Below, piece by piece: positions 13,095 to 25,385 of a stretch of 64,000 nt of DNA. The notes beneath the pieces are model-generated. The model ran no database searches. It was not told the origin of the DNA and was given only the letters and a program-made list of their open reading frames with translations. The stretch's first letter is position 1. Each line of letters begins with the position of its first letter. The position numbers and the translations under genes are program-made. Origin of the DNA: Lepidodermella squamata (taxonomy: Eukaryota; Animalia; Gastrotricha); NCBI GenBank assembly GCA_047495785.1, contig JBLDXI010000034.1:248001-312000 (forward strand), written 5' to 3'.

Positions 13095-13875
13095 CAGTGT
13101 GTCCGCGAAATAATACGCACCTAAAAATAGACGAGTCACCATGTGGCATCTGTGTCGTGTGCCCTAAAATCTTAGCTAGTGCGAGCTGTGCGATCTTTGC
13201 GATCTTTGCGATCTACGCGATCTCTGCGATCTAAAATCTCCACCATTTTTGTGATGACAAAAAACAAATTTAAATCAGAATCTTAAGAAACGGAACGGAT
13301 ATTGCTTGGGAAAAAATGCCTTTGTTTACCTATTTATGTGAGAAATGTGAAATTAAAAGTTGAGGTCTTCCAAACAAAGCATAAACCATGGAATCGGTTA
13401 AAAAAATTCAAATAGGGGTTCAGTAGCAGAAAACACGTTCCAGCTGCTATGTTTTCCACAAAAAAGCTTAAATTCAATTTAAATTCAATTCAATTCATCT
13501 CAGCGCTCAGGCTGCTTTTCATCACCGTTGTTTTTCTTTTTTTGATATGAAAATTAAATCGAATATCGTCAACAACAGGACATTTGAAAACTGGACGCAT
13601 CGAGGAAATGGAACTTTTAATTGATTTGTATATTCCACTTTTAGTGTAGTTCTGTTTGTTAAACACCGTCGATAATAATTTGGAAAAAAATGATTTGATA
13701 ATTTAACTTCTTATATTCACTGTGTGTGCATTCATAAAAAATATCCTTCTATTTTCAAAGTGGCACGTGGGAGTTTCATTTGAAAACTAGCCTAAGGAGT
13801 CACGCGCCTTGAGCAACATCTGCGACTCGCCTTACAAGTCTAAAAATAGGTGCGTATTATTTCGCGGACACACTG
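13095..13875. mobile_element. Tc1/mariner-type MITE, 781 bp
   Basis: 29-bp perfect TIR cagtgtgtccgcgaaataatacgcaccta with TA on both flanks; no ORF. Confidence 0.9.
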
Positions 13876-14104
13876 TAGAAACGACTACTTAAGCAGCCTT
13901 ATCTAAAAATAAACAGTATACTGGAGTCTACCTTTCTGAAAATAGAAACGAGTACTTGAGTGCCTTTTATTTTTTAACTTCGTTCGTTGTAGTAATTGAA
14001 TTAAGATTGTGTAATAATTGAATAATTGAATATTACTTATATAATAAGCGTATAATTAGTACATTATAACTTTGTTCTTCAAAACAATTCCAGCTCATAT
14101 CACA

Positions 14105-14480
14105 ATGTCTCTGATGTTGACTGTTGTCTTGGCTGGGGTGCTGCTGCTTGTTTCATCGTCGTCCGTAGACGGGTAAGTTATTTAAAATCAATGGGAAAGT
14201 TGGTAACAAAATTATATTTTTTTTGAAACAAAGGGCACCCCCTGGTTTGAGTATCTGCGGCAGCGTTTTTAATAATCAACCATCTCCTGGAAATTGACAC
14301 GATTGTAACGGTCAATGCATATGCAAGGGATTTACTGGTGGATATTGTTCCAATGGCGTCTGCAAGTGCGAATCGGGATATACGTGCCGGCATAATACTT
14401 GTTGGTGGGCGGACTGTTCTGCTGGTGATTATTGCAGAGGTGAGAACGCTGAACGTGATAGAAAGTATGGGTGCAGATGA
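14105..14480 (+). pseudogene. Defensin-like (CS-alpha-beta) 12-Cys secreted peptide gene with in-frame TGA at 14295; join(14105..14172,14234..14480)
   Basis: Signal MSLMLTVVLAGVLLLVSSSSVDG, 61-nt gtaagt..aag intron, then APPGLSICGSVFNNQPSPGN*HDCNGQCICKGFTGGYCSNGVCKCESGYTCRHNTCWWADCSAGDYCRGENAERDRKYGCR*. Confidence 0.75.
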
Positions 14481-14989
14481 TCATGATTGGTGACTACTCA
14501 CAAACGACAGAATGATGAAAAAGGCAACTGTCAAAACAAAACCTTTATTTGCTTGCTAACCTTCTTGCTAGGCTTGCTGATGAGGCTGCCTTGTTAAATG
14601 AGAAAAGCCTTTACAACCCCTAACATTCACCATCTACCCATGCTATCCTAGTAGTAGGAGAACGGTGATGGACGACAAATATCACCAGACACAAAGCTAT
14701 CCAAAGAAATCAATAAAAAATCAATGAAAATAAGAACGATTTTGTTGGCGCGTTCAATTATATTCATCATTTTTCAAGCGGCCTTTGATTTTTCTAACAG
14801 CTACCAAGTTTCCTCAAGCCTCAATAATAATATTCCTGAATTTGACTTGGTCAAGTGTCAAGTTTCCAACGTGAGAAGAATAATAATACCGGCACTCGGG
14901 GCTATTTGTTTGCTATTTGGGGCTATGACTTATAAGTCATATAATCTAACAATATAAGGCGAAATAACTTGACAGCAATGTTGCTTGTG

Positions 14990-15440
14990 GGTTTCCGGAA
15001 TGCCAGTTACTTCTTCCTTGAGTATCTTATCAGGAACGTCGAACACCTCCGGCCTCCGGCTCGCACCGATCAACAGCGGCACTGCTCACAAAGAAGCAAT
15101 GGACATTTTCCAGAGCAGCATCTGCGACAGTGGCGAGAGTTTCGGCATCGTTAACCAAAACTTGCCGGCTGGAAACCTTTGACCCGACTTTGTTCTTCAC
15201 CAGGCCCCCGACGCCGTCAACAGCTCCTTTCCCGTGATGACTTGCACACTAATTCCAGTTGAGCGAGAAGAGTTAGCGATGCAATAAAATAACGCTGTTT
15301 GAGCTGGCTTGCAGCTCCGTCACTCCAGCCTTCGACGTGGCGAACAGATGGGTTTGCAGAGAGGATACGGTTCAATATCTCCAAAAGAAAGCAATAGGCT
15401 GACGCGTGATTATGCATTAGCCTGTTCTATGCAACTGCGA
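14990..15440 (-). mobile_element. Degenerate DDE transposase fragment (Sola2-like motifs)
   Basis: Minus-strand WSDGAASQLKQRY and, after a frameshift, HGKGAVDGVGGLVKNKV. Boundaries approximate. Confidence 0.65.
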
Positions 15441-16067
15441 AGCAAGACGGCTTTACTTCTCCCGGTTCTCCTGATGGTTTGCCGTTGAGGCTCTCGATCA
15501 GCTCACTCAGCGAAACATTCTTCTGCACTTTCTTCGTCTTCGCACCTTTTTTAACACAACCTTATAAAACATCACAAGGTTGAACGAAAAACAAGTGCAG
15601 TAACAGTTATTCTTACCAGTTTTGTCAACATACTCTTCGGAGATTGTTTTCCATTCTGTGTAGGTAACTTGCGTAAATAAACAAAATGCGAAATTTAATG
15701 TAAATGCGCATCAAAAACACACTTGCGATTCGACCTTTTTGCATAAACCTCCGTTTCTTGAGATTGGAAGAGCTGATTTTCTTTATCGGCGAACATTAGC
15801 TTGATCTCCTCGATAACCGGGGCATAACATGGTGCCGAGCAAAACACACCGTTGGACTATGAGACACTGCAAGTCGATATTGAAATGTTTATAGGTGGAA
15901 AATTACTGCTGGGTAATTAAATACATTCATGTCACGTGACCACGCGAAATTTGATCCTGCGATACGGAAGCATAATTTATTCAACATATCGGTTAACACT
16001 CAGCGCTCAGCGCTATGCTGTTTTGAAACTAGTGCACCGTTTTTTCTCTCATCAAACAGTTATCGGA

Positions 16068-17775
16068 ATGCACCTGGCTAACTTAAGTTCGCCGAGACTC
16101 GTCATTTGTATCAGCGTTTTGTTACCTGCAATCGATTGTTGCCTCTCATCTATCGAGAAGGAATCTGAAGAGGTCCTCGAAAAAGAGGTTGCCACGATAA
16201 ATGTGACAACAGATGATCCCAACCAAGGTCTTTATCAGAAATTAGCTTTGACCTCGCAGAAAGCCGACATCAATCGAGTTCGCGAACTAATCAGAGAAAT
16301 CAAAAGTAGAAGCAACGGATCTTTCAATGCGGATTGGCGCGAACAGGAGCATGCAATCTTTTGCGAATACGTCAATTTTCAAAATTCAAGTTTACTACAC
16401 CATGTTTCAGCCTGCTTCAATGAAGACGAGAGACGGGCAGAAATCGCTCGAATTCTTGTTGATCAAGGCGCAGATGTTAATGCAAAAGACTCCGCTGGAG
16501 GGAGCCCTTTGCTCTTCGCAGCCAAGCTTGGCCATTTCGAGCTGACAAAAACGTTAGTAAAAGCGGGTGCTGATGTCAATGCTGCAACTCAATACTACCG
16601 TCGGACGCCGCTCATGGCAGCGGCAAGAAACGGCGACACGAAAATCGTGACATATTTGCTCGAAAATGGGGCAGAGGTCAATTGGCGTGATAGAAGCGGA
16701 GAATCGGCGTTGTTCAAAGCTACGCCATACCTCTCGACGGCAAGAATTCTGATTGCGCATGGCGCCGATGTAAACGCGATGGATAACGAAGCCGATTCGG
16801 TGCTTATGGAGGCTGCACGGAGTTGTAATTTTGAAGTGATAAAATTGTTGGTCGAGCATGGGGCGGATGTCAATTTCGACAACAGAGAATTTCAAGCTGA
16901 AACCCACGATTTTATAATTCGAGGTAAACTAGTTTTCGAGCTGAAATTCGTAAATGACCGTTAACAAGTGAAAAAAGGAATTACCTTGGAATTTTCGAGG
17001 AAATCTTGAAATGTGTGCTGACTTGAAGAGGGACAATTCTTAGATTCCAAGATGCTCCTACGCAGTTTGTCTGTACAATTTGGATCTTTCTCATTTCAGA
17101 TCTCTAAGGGGCTTCCACCTTTCCACCTTTCCACCTTTCTTGCAAGAGACGAGCCCTTTAGTCATCGCGTGGTAGGTTCAGAAAATCTCAAAACGTTTTA
17201 ACTCTGAAAAATGTTCTTGAGCTGGATATTATTTTCACATGGATTTTTCAGAAAATTATTCTTCATTTTCAGATCCACATTTTGGTGGCTCCCCTTTGAT
17301 GCGCGCTGCTCAGCATTGTACTTTGGAAGCAGTTAAATATCTGATCGAAAAAGGAGCTAACGTGAACTTTGTCGATACGGATGGCTTGCCAGCTCTTATC
17401 TACGCGTTGTTCCACAACTCGCCGTCTCGTGCTATGATAGAGTTACTCGTTGAAAATGGCGCCGATGTACGATTTACGGATAAGGACGGGCGAACTATCC
17501 TCCACCGCTCTGCTTTCATGGGTAATGCTGAAATAGCTGACTTCGCCATTGAAAGAGGGCTGGATATCAATCAGAAAGACAACACTGGATCAACACCTCT
17601 GATGATTGGGGCTGAATACGGCCGTCTCAATTTCGTTAAACTGCTGGTTAAAAAGGGTGCTGACGTCAATTTGAAGAGCAGCGATCTAGGAAAAACGGCT
17701 TTGGATTTTGCCATCGAAAAAAATGAAACTGAAATTGCTGACCATCTTAGGCCTCTCACTAATGGAACTAAATAA
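16068..17775 (+). CDS. Signal-peptide ankyrin-repeat protein A3, 452 aa; join(16068..16923,17273..17775)
   Basis: MHLAN..AIDCCLSS start, FNADWR cap, ANK repeats, conserved phase-1 intron. Confidence 0.9.
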
Positions 17776-17866
17776 AGCAGCTTAACTGTGGCGCGCCCTT
17801 CCACACGCGTCCCTCTTCTCGCCATTAAACTGGTTCTTGCGTTGTTCAGTATTCCTTATATCTTTA

Positions 17867-18610
17867 TGGTGCTTTCACTAATGCGCCCGACGTTTAAAAC
17901 TTCGGCTAGCATCTCGTAAACTTCGGCAGAGTGAAGCGAAACGTCGGAGAGCGTTATCAGTGGCACTTCGGACGCGCGCGCGAGTCTCTATTGTTTAGTC
18001 GCGGTAGTCACGCACTTGAGCGCGCGTGCATGCGAGTGGCAGGCAAGATACCGGGGTCGCGCAAAGATTTTTTTATTTCAGCGTAAATGCTGAATTCAAC
18101 TATATAATGGGACGTAAAATGCAATGCGGATCATAAAAATCTAAATTTCATCGACAAATTATGTGCAATTTTTCTTGCCGCGCCGAGCGCGGTTTCGCCG
18201 GCCTTCGTTTTTCGGCGTGCGCGGCTTTACAACAAATTGAAAATTGGTACATTTCGATCTAATTTTCACCACACATCGTAATTTAGTGTTTTACGGCCAG
18301 TCAAGCAATCAAATGGCCGCGCGCGCGCGCATATGTCTATTGGTGCGCGTGTAATACCTAATAGTGCGCGCTACAAACTTCGGTTCGGACGCACTTCGGA
18401 CGGTAGTTTTGGGGGCCTCCGATCCGACGTTCTTTGTTGTGCGTGCGCGCGCCGCTTCGGACGCGCTATTGTTTAAACTTCGGGCGCGCAGGCCGAAGTG
18501 CGCGCGTTTGTGAAAGGAAATCTAAACGTCGGACAACTATTACGCTACTTCGGGCGCCTATTGCGCAACTTCGGGCGCCGAAAACGTCGTACGCATTTGT
18601 GAAAGCACCA
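17867..18610. mobile_element. PIF/Harbinger-type MITE, 744 bp
   Basis: ~29-bp imperfect TIR tggtgctttcac(t/a)aatgcg, TTA on both flanks, internal cttcgg and gcgcgc repeats. Confidence 0.8.
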
Positions 18611-19442
18611 TTAGGTCGACCTCGCCCTTCGACATTATCCTCACATTTCGCCATTTTCGACATTTTCTCATTCACATTCCCACTTTGAAGACTTCGCCTT
18701 TTTGATTGGTCTCACTGCAACATTCAATAAATCCCGTAGGACCTTTCCGGTTTTTATTTTTATGGGGTGCGGATATCAAGTATTGCAATTTTTCTGGCAG
18801 TTGTCAAACAAAGTTTGGTAAACGTTTCTTGATGAGAACATCCGCCCATAGTCATCTTTCAAAAAGTTAGTATGAGTATTCCGATTAAATGTAAGGATTT
18901 TTCGATAAAACCCTTTATGATTGGCACATTTCGGGCTCAAAAATGCTCCCACTGAAAGCGGGACCAAGTCGGACAACTGCTTATTCCTACATCTCAGAGA
19001 GCGAAGTAGGGCAGCAGAAGAGCTAATTGGGATAAGGAAAATCGACATTAGGGTCATCCCCCCTTTGGTCTTTGGTTGAGTTCACCTTGCGGATCGATAG
19101 CACAGGTAGGGATGATCCCTACCATCCCTGGCGGTACTGCACTCTCTGCTACATCCTATTTGAGAAACCTATTCCGGCAGTCTAAGCATAGTATTGCGCA
19201 AGAATTATCAGACATTCGTTAGAGGTTTCATGTTTGAGCATCCTAGAATGTTGCTGCTTGCTGATGTTCCAATGTTTTCAACGTAGGATTGATATAGACC
19301 TATGTGGATTTTTCTGAATAATAGAGAGAAAATGAGCCCATGATTAATTTTAAATTCAACACTGCGGTTAACGCTGAGCGCTATACTATTGTAATACTAG
19401 TGCGCCGTTTTTATTTCAAGTTTTACAGCAAATATTACCGTA

Positions 19443-20829
19443 ATGCACTTAACTGCTAGCATAAAATCCCTGTACCTCGTAATTTGCATCGGTATTTTGT
19501 TACCAGCATTCAATTGTTGCCTCTCGTCTAGCGAAAAGCAATCTGATGGGTTTGTTTTCGTCCCGGAAAAGGATGTTGGTTCAATCAAGGTGCCATCGAA
19601 CCCTCATCAAGCCCTTTACCAGCAATTAGCTCTGGCCGCAGAGAAAGCCGACATCTATCGAGTTCGCGAGCTAATCAGAGAAATCAAATATCGAAACAAC
19701 GGACATTTCAATGCCAATTGGCGCGAGAAGGGCAATGTGCTATCCTGCGAATACGACATCAAAAACTCCAATTTACTGCACCGTGTGTCTGCCTGCCCTG
19801 GTCAGGGAGAGAAACGGGCTGAAATCGCTCAAATTCTTGTCAATCACGGGGCTGATGCTAATGCGAAAGACTCGAATGAAGCAACTCCTCTTCACTTCGC
19901 GGCTCGGGTTGGGCATTTGACAATAGCAAAGGTCCTATTAAAAGCCGGGGCTGATGTCAATGCTGCTTTTGGCTTTTACAGGCAAACACCGCTGTTGCTT
20001 GCTGCAAATAGAGGCGATAGGGAACTCTTGAAATATTTCCTAGAAAATGGGGCTAATTTGAAACACCGTGGTAACGACGGACATTCACCGTTGATGAGAG
20101 CTGCGCTATACAACCACATTGAGACGGTGAGGATTCTGCTTGGGAAAGGGGCTGACGCGAACGAGATGGACAACAACGCCCAATCGGTGTTGATGAATGC
20201 GGCGCGGAATAATAATTTTGAACTTATCAAATTGCTGGTCGAGAAAGGGGCCGATGTTAATTTCGACAACAGAAATGTTCAAACGAAAGGTAAATTGGAA
20301 ATTGGGTAGATGGAAGCTGATTTTTCTTTTATTTTCAGCTCCACATTACGGCGGCTCGCCATTGGCCCGCGCTGCTACTTATTGCGATGTTAAAATAATC
20401 AAATATCTAATTGAAAAAGGAGCAAACGTGAACTTTGTCGACTCAGATGGCTCAACAGCTCTCTTCTACACTATGTACTTTGCAAATTCACGCGCTAAGG
20501 CCGAGTTACTCGTTGAAAATGGAGCCGATGTGCGATTTACGGATAGCAACGGGCGAAATCTCCTCCACCGAACTGCAATCAACGGTAACGCTGAAATAGC
20601 AGAGTTCGGCATTGAAAAAGGGCTTGATGTTAATCTGAAAGACAATCATGGATTCACGGCTCTGATGATGGCGGCTGAATGTGGCCGTCTCGAATTTGTT
20701 AAACTGCTGGTCGAAAGAGGCGCTGATGTCAATTTGAAGAGCACTGATGAAGGCAAAACAGCTTTGGATTTAGCCGTCGAAAACAATAGAAATGCTGTTA
20801 CTGACTACCTTAGGCCTTATACTAAATAA
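19443..20829 (+). CDS. Signal-peptide ankyrin-repeat protein A4, 445 aa; join(19443..20289,20339..20829)
   Basis: AFNCCLSSS leader; a 49-nt phase-1 intron joins the ORFs; ANK repeats. Confidence 0.9.
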
Positions 20830-21057
20830 ATTAGCTGCATTGAAACTCGTGAGACCTCATTGCTACATTCAATTTTGCTTATCAACGTTTATTTTAAATA
20901 CAACGCGCTTCTGAAAGTTTTCACCCCACTTATCTTGCATCATCATGCGGCTGAAAATTTACTGAGTTTGCTTTTTAGCGTAGTTCTCAAGGTGATCGTG
21001 GATTCTCGAGCTGTTAGGGATGGAAGACTTCGTTTGCTATATTTCCCAAAACATTAA

Positions 21058-21610
21058 CCCTTTCACGGCGGGAAGGACGATTTCGGAATTTCGACTTTGC
21101 TAATTCACAGTTCCATCAATTTATCGAATTTTCCCATCAAAATTGGCAAAATACTACTTTCGGATGTTATCTACAAGAATCCGAAAGTTAAATTAGTTAT
21201 CTCTTCCCCTCTTGGAATACGAACAATTTTAAAATTTCAAACCGATGCACGTTTTTCTTATTTTCAATCTAGGAAAACGATGTATTGGGTATTTTTCCTG
21301 GTCTATCTGACTTCACAGGCGTGTCCGGCATGGTCTAATTGACTACCCACTTTGTTTTTTCGAAAATCCATGAAAAACTGACAGCACAAAAGCCTGGCTG
21401 ACGATTGCTATGAATTCATCCGGATGAATCTATATTTGAAAAAATAGCGGGATTGAAAATTTCAATGAAATCAGTAACTGATGGGAAATATGCGCATTAG
21501 GCCTTAGAATAGCATGTGGTTGCCGATTTTCCGATTCCTTCCTTAATTTGCTAGAAATTAAAAAATTCGATATTTTTGCTTGGCTGAAAATAAATTCCGC
21601 CGTGAAAGGG
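21058..21610. mobile_element. piggyBac-type MITE, 553 bp
   Basis: TTAA-ccctttcacggcgg ... ccgccgtgaaaggg-TTAA. Confidence 0.85.
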
Positions 21611-22020
21611 TTAAAGTGTTCACTGGGGCGGATTACTTACACATGTTAAATGAACGAGGTACTTTGGAAGCTTCGAACTTCGAGTTAAAAGTTTAGAAGC
21701 GAAATCAAGAAACAAATTCAGCTTCGGCATCTGAATTCTGTTTTTGGTAATTAAAGTGTTGGTAGACGAATTAGGGTGATTTTTTATCGTGAATTCAGAT
21801 CGGTGAATTAGGTTACTCCCAGAGCCCTAATTGAGGGGAATTTACAAGCCAATTCGGGCGATTTCCTTTCTGGTGATGCGCATCTCAGGTTGGCTGAAAC
21901 CAAAGTATATTTAAATTTTAAATACTGAATACTAAAAAGTATCACGTTTCTCTCGGATCTCGGAAAGTCATTTACATAATGAATGGAATACGAAACAGAG
22001 TTGTTTTGTACCCACTGGTT

Positions 22021-22135
22021 GGGCCACGGGTCGGGCACGGCGCTATCTATCTACTCTGTGTGCGTTGACTGAGCAAAACTGAATTAATTAAAAAATGCTT
22101 TGGATTCAGCATTTTAATGATCCTACTGAATCAGC
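22021..22135 (+). promoter_or_regulatory. Conserved upstream module of MKP-type ankyrin genes
   Basis: ggccacggg..ctctgtgtg..ttgactga..aattaattaaaa..ttcagcatt..ctgaatcagc recurs ~50-170 nt before the ATG at ~25211, 28345, 36903, 39280, 43255 and 53995. Confidence 0.55.
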
Positions 22136-22181
22136 AAATTTAATATAAACTCAGCGTCATCATTCCCATATTTCTAAAAAC

Positions 22182-23706
22182 ATGAAACCGATCAACAGCC
22201 CCAGTTCATTTCCAATAATCTTAGTTTTGATCGGTTGTTCAATACCAGCTATCGAATGTTGCTGCAAGCAATTTGCATTTCAAGAGGTGAGTCTTGTAAA
22301 TTGCAGGGAGATAAATTTCCATGCTAAAGGTTATTCCTAATCTGAAGGATTCGTCTCTAGCACCCAAAGTTGATGCGAAGGACATGCCCTACAAGAATCT
22401 GGGCTTGGCAATTGAAAAGGCCGACGTCAACAAGGTTCGGAAGCTCATCGCCGGCATCAAGGCTGAAAACAATGGCAAATTCAACGCGAACTGGCGGAAT
22501 GAAGGGATCGAACCAATGAAGGGTTATTTGGCGAATCCCACCCTACTGCACATGGTCGCAGCCCGGCCAGGCCAGAGTGAGCAACGGGCGGAGATCGCTC
22601 AACTTCTCATCGATAATAGGGCTGACGTTAACGCTAGAGAAGCGTCTGAACTCCATTCCTCAGTGTTACAGATAGCGGTTAAAAATGGCCTCTTGCCGGT
22701 TATCAAGATACTAGTAAAATCCGGAGCCGATGTCAATGCTTTGAACAGTTACGGAGTTTCGTTGTTTAAGGCTGATACCGACGATAACATCGAAATCGTC
22801 GAGTTTTTGCTTGATAACGGCGCTGATTTGAAGCTCCTTGTTTACCATGACCATTCGCCATTTACGGAAGCCGCTGTGAATGGCAACCTGCGACTGGCGA
22901 AGATTTTGCATGCGAGGGGCGCCGATGTCAACGAGGTTGATGACAATGGCCGATCTGTGTTGCTGAAAGTGGCGCAGCGAAATGATTTAGAAATAATTAA
23001 GTGGCTGGTGGAGAATGGGGCGGATGTTAATTTTCACAAACGGGAGTTAACTAGCTTTGGTAGTTGATAATTTTTCATCTTGAAGAAAATCTCGCAGAAA
23101 TTTAATCGTATATTTTTCTCAGGCTCTATTTTTGGTGAAACGGCGTTGCTGATCGCTGCTCAAAGTGGGGACGCGACTACCGTGAAGTACCTGATCGAAA
23201 AAGGTGCCAATGTGAATTACATTAATTCACTCGGCCTTACAGCCATCTTCGACGCGAATTCGGCCGAGACGGCTAAGCTGCTCGTTGACAATGGAGCCGA
23301 CATCCTAAGCAAGAATATCGTGGGACAAACCGTTCTTCACCAGGCTGCCCATACGGGAAAATTTGAAGTCGCTAAATTTGCTATTGAAAAGGGGGTCGAT
23401 GTCAACCAGAGAGATAAGGAAGACTGGACTGCTTTGATGCACGCGGTTCTCGACAATCACGCCGATGTTGTTAGACTTTTACTTGACAATAAGGCAGACA
23501 TAAATCTGCCAAACAATTATGGCTGCACGGCTTTGATAATTGCGGTTCAAAATGAAAGATATCATGTCGTTAAATTGCTGGTCGAACGAGGCGCCGATGT
23601 CAACTTCATAAACCCTTTAACCAGAGGGAAAGCTCTGGATTACGCGATTGCGCACTCTAATGATCGATTAGTCGACGTTCTTAGACCCCTGACAAATCAA
23701 ACATGA
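22182..23706 (+). CDS. Signal-peptide ankyrin-repeat protein A5, ~467 aa; join(22182..22286,22348..23062,23123..23706)
   Basis: Exon 1 MKPINSPSSFPIILVLIGCSIPAIECCCKQFAFQE is missed by the ORF track. Splice sites inferred from A6; the second donor could be 3 nt earlier. Confidence 0.85.
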
Positions 23707-23947
23707 TATTGTGAGTGGACAAATTAATCGCCGCTTATCGCTTGTCAACAACCCGAAGAATGCGCATAAAAACACTGTAATTACTATTACTACTCTACTG
23801 TCATATGAAATTGGGTTTTTTCCTATAGCTTATGAGAATTCGGTCCTCCGTTCAAGGAAAAATATTAAGTATTATATAACTATAGTACCTATATGGAAGT
23901 TCCTAGCTGCAAATTGAACAATGTGGTTCTTACAGACAGAACTCGCT

Positions 23948-24525
23948 CATTATACTCCCGTTTTGCAGGTCAAAGGTCATACGTGCACACGTGATCAAAA
24001 CGTGTGATCAAAACACTAAACTTTTAGGTTGTTGCTAGTGTGGTAGTTTCGTCATTTCGTCATTTCGTCATCTCGTCACTATGAAAAACAAATATTAAAA
24101 AAAAATGTTGTGAGCTGGAGTCGAACTATCAACCTCTGGTTTCCTGAGCTATAGCTTGAACCACTAAACCACACAGGAGACACATGGGACCCGTCTTAGA
24201 ATCAATTGATATAGGCCACAGTTCAAGCATACTTCAACAAGAAAGATGCACACGATTTTAAGACAACTTGCTTGCTTAGTGGTTCCAGCACTAGCACTCC
24301 AAGCCAGAGGTTGATAGTTCGACTCCAGCTCATATCATTTTTTTTATTTTTTCCAAGTTTTTTCGGCCTTTTGGAAGTTTTTAAAAGTGACGAATTGACG
24401 AAATGACGAAATGACGAAACCACCACCAACTTAGCAACAAGCAACAACCTAAAAGTTTAGTGTTTTGATCACACGTTTTGATCACGTGTGCACGTGTGAC
24501 CTTTGACCTGCAAAACGGTATAATG
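23948..24525. mobile_element. Foldback (palindromic) non-autonomous element with tRNA-like segments in both arms
   Basis: ccgttttgcaggtcaaaggtca.. mirrored at ~24450-24518. Inner arms 24110-24175 and 24266-24332 carry A-box (tagtggt) and B-box (gttcgactcc). Confidence 0.85.
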
Positions 24526-25385
24526 CCTATAGTACACTTTCACGGGGGACAAGAAAAGTGTGCACCTAGGCTTTAAGTTTACACTTGCGAGTCACCTTGT
24601 TACTTGTTAGCTCAGAATTGGGAAAGGCCAAAAGTGTGCTATACCGAAGTATACTATGGCGAGGTCTGTCGTTCTCAAGGGACAATACGACGCAGGTACA
24701 TTTTCGCAAAGACTGGCTGGCTAAGACGGAAACACATTTAACCCTTCGCAAGGAATTTTGGCCTTGAAAGTGATTCGTAAATTCACCCCAAATTTGGTGT
24801 CAAAAGAACCGCCAGGTCATGGCCTACACTTTGCCGTCAGGCATTTTGCCCCTCGACGCATCGTTGACCCGAAAAAAATGACTTTTTGACAGACCCAGGA
24901 ATTAGACCCAAATATCGGATCAGTCTATTTTTGGCATTTAAAGTGTTAACAAGTTGGAGCCTTTCAAAGAATCAGACAGCGAAATGAGCATCACAATCAA
25001 ACGGTTGAAAATAATGAGGTATGCTAAACTCATGCTAAACTCCTAATCTAGCGCCGAATGAAGGCGAAAGCGAATCTTGCTGCGCTTTTTCGTACACTAC
25101 CTAATTTCATGGTGCTGCATCCGAGGATGGCGACAGAAAAACGTCAATATTAATTTGAAGATTCAATTAATTTGCCAGAATTAATGATACAGAAATTTGG
25201 TTAACGCCAAGGCCACGGGTCGGTTACTGCGTTAACTATCTACTCTGTGAGCGTTGACTGATTAAAAACGGAGTTAATTAAAAAAATACGTTTTACTCAG
25301 CATTTAATTATCTCACTGTATCAGCCAGTCTAAACAATCCAAACTCGCCTGATTATCACAATATATTTCACATACAAGCTAAAAC

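Noticed and set aside
14295-14297. Selenocysteine reading of the defensin TGA
   Set aside because: The 12 Cys are already an even number and I could not see a convincing SECIS stem downstream. SECISearch would settle it.
16160-16215. Idea that the variable linker of MH-type genes is an exonised intron 1
   Set aside because: Only position and length agree; no sequence similarity supports it.
24266-24332. Functional tRNA gene
   Set aside because: A/B boxes are present, but the acceptor and anticodon stems do not pair well and it lies inside a palindromic element.
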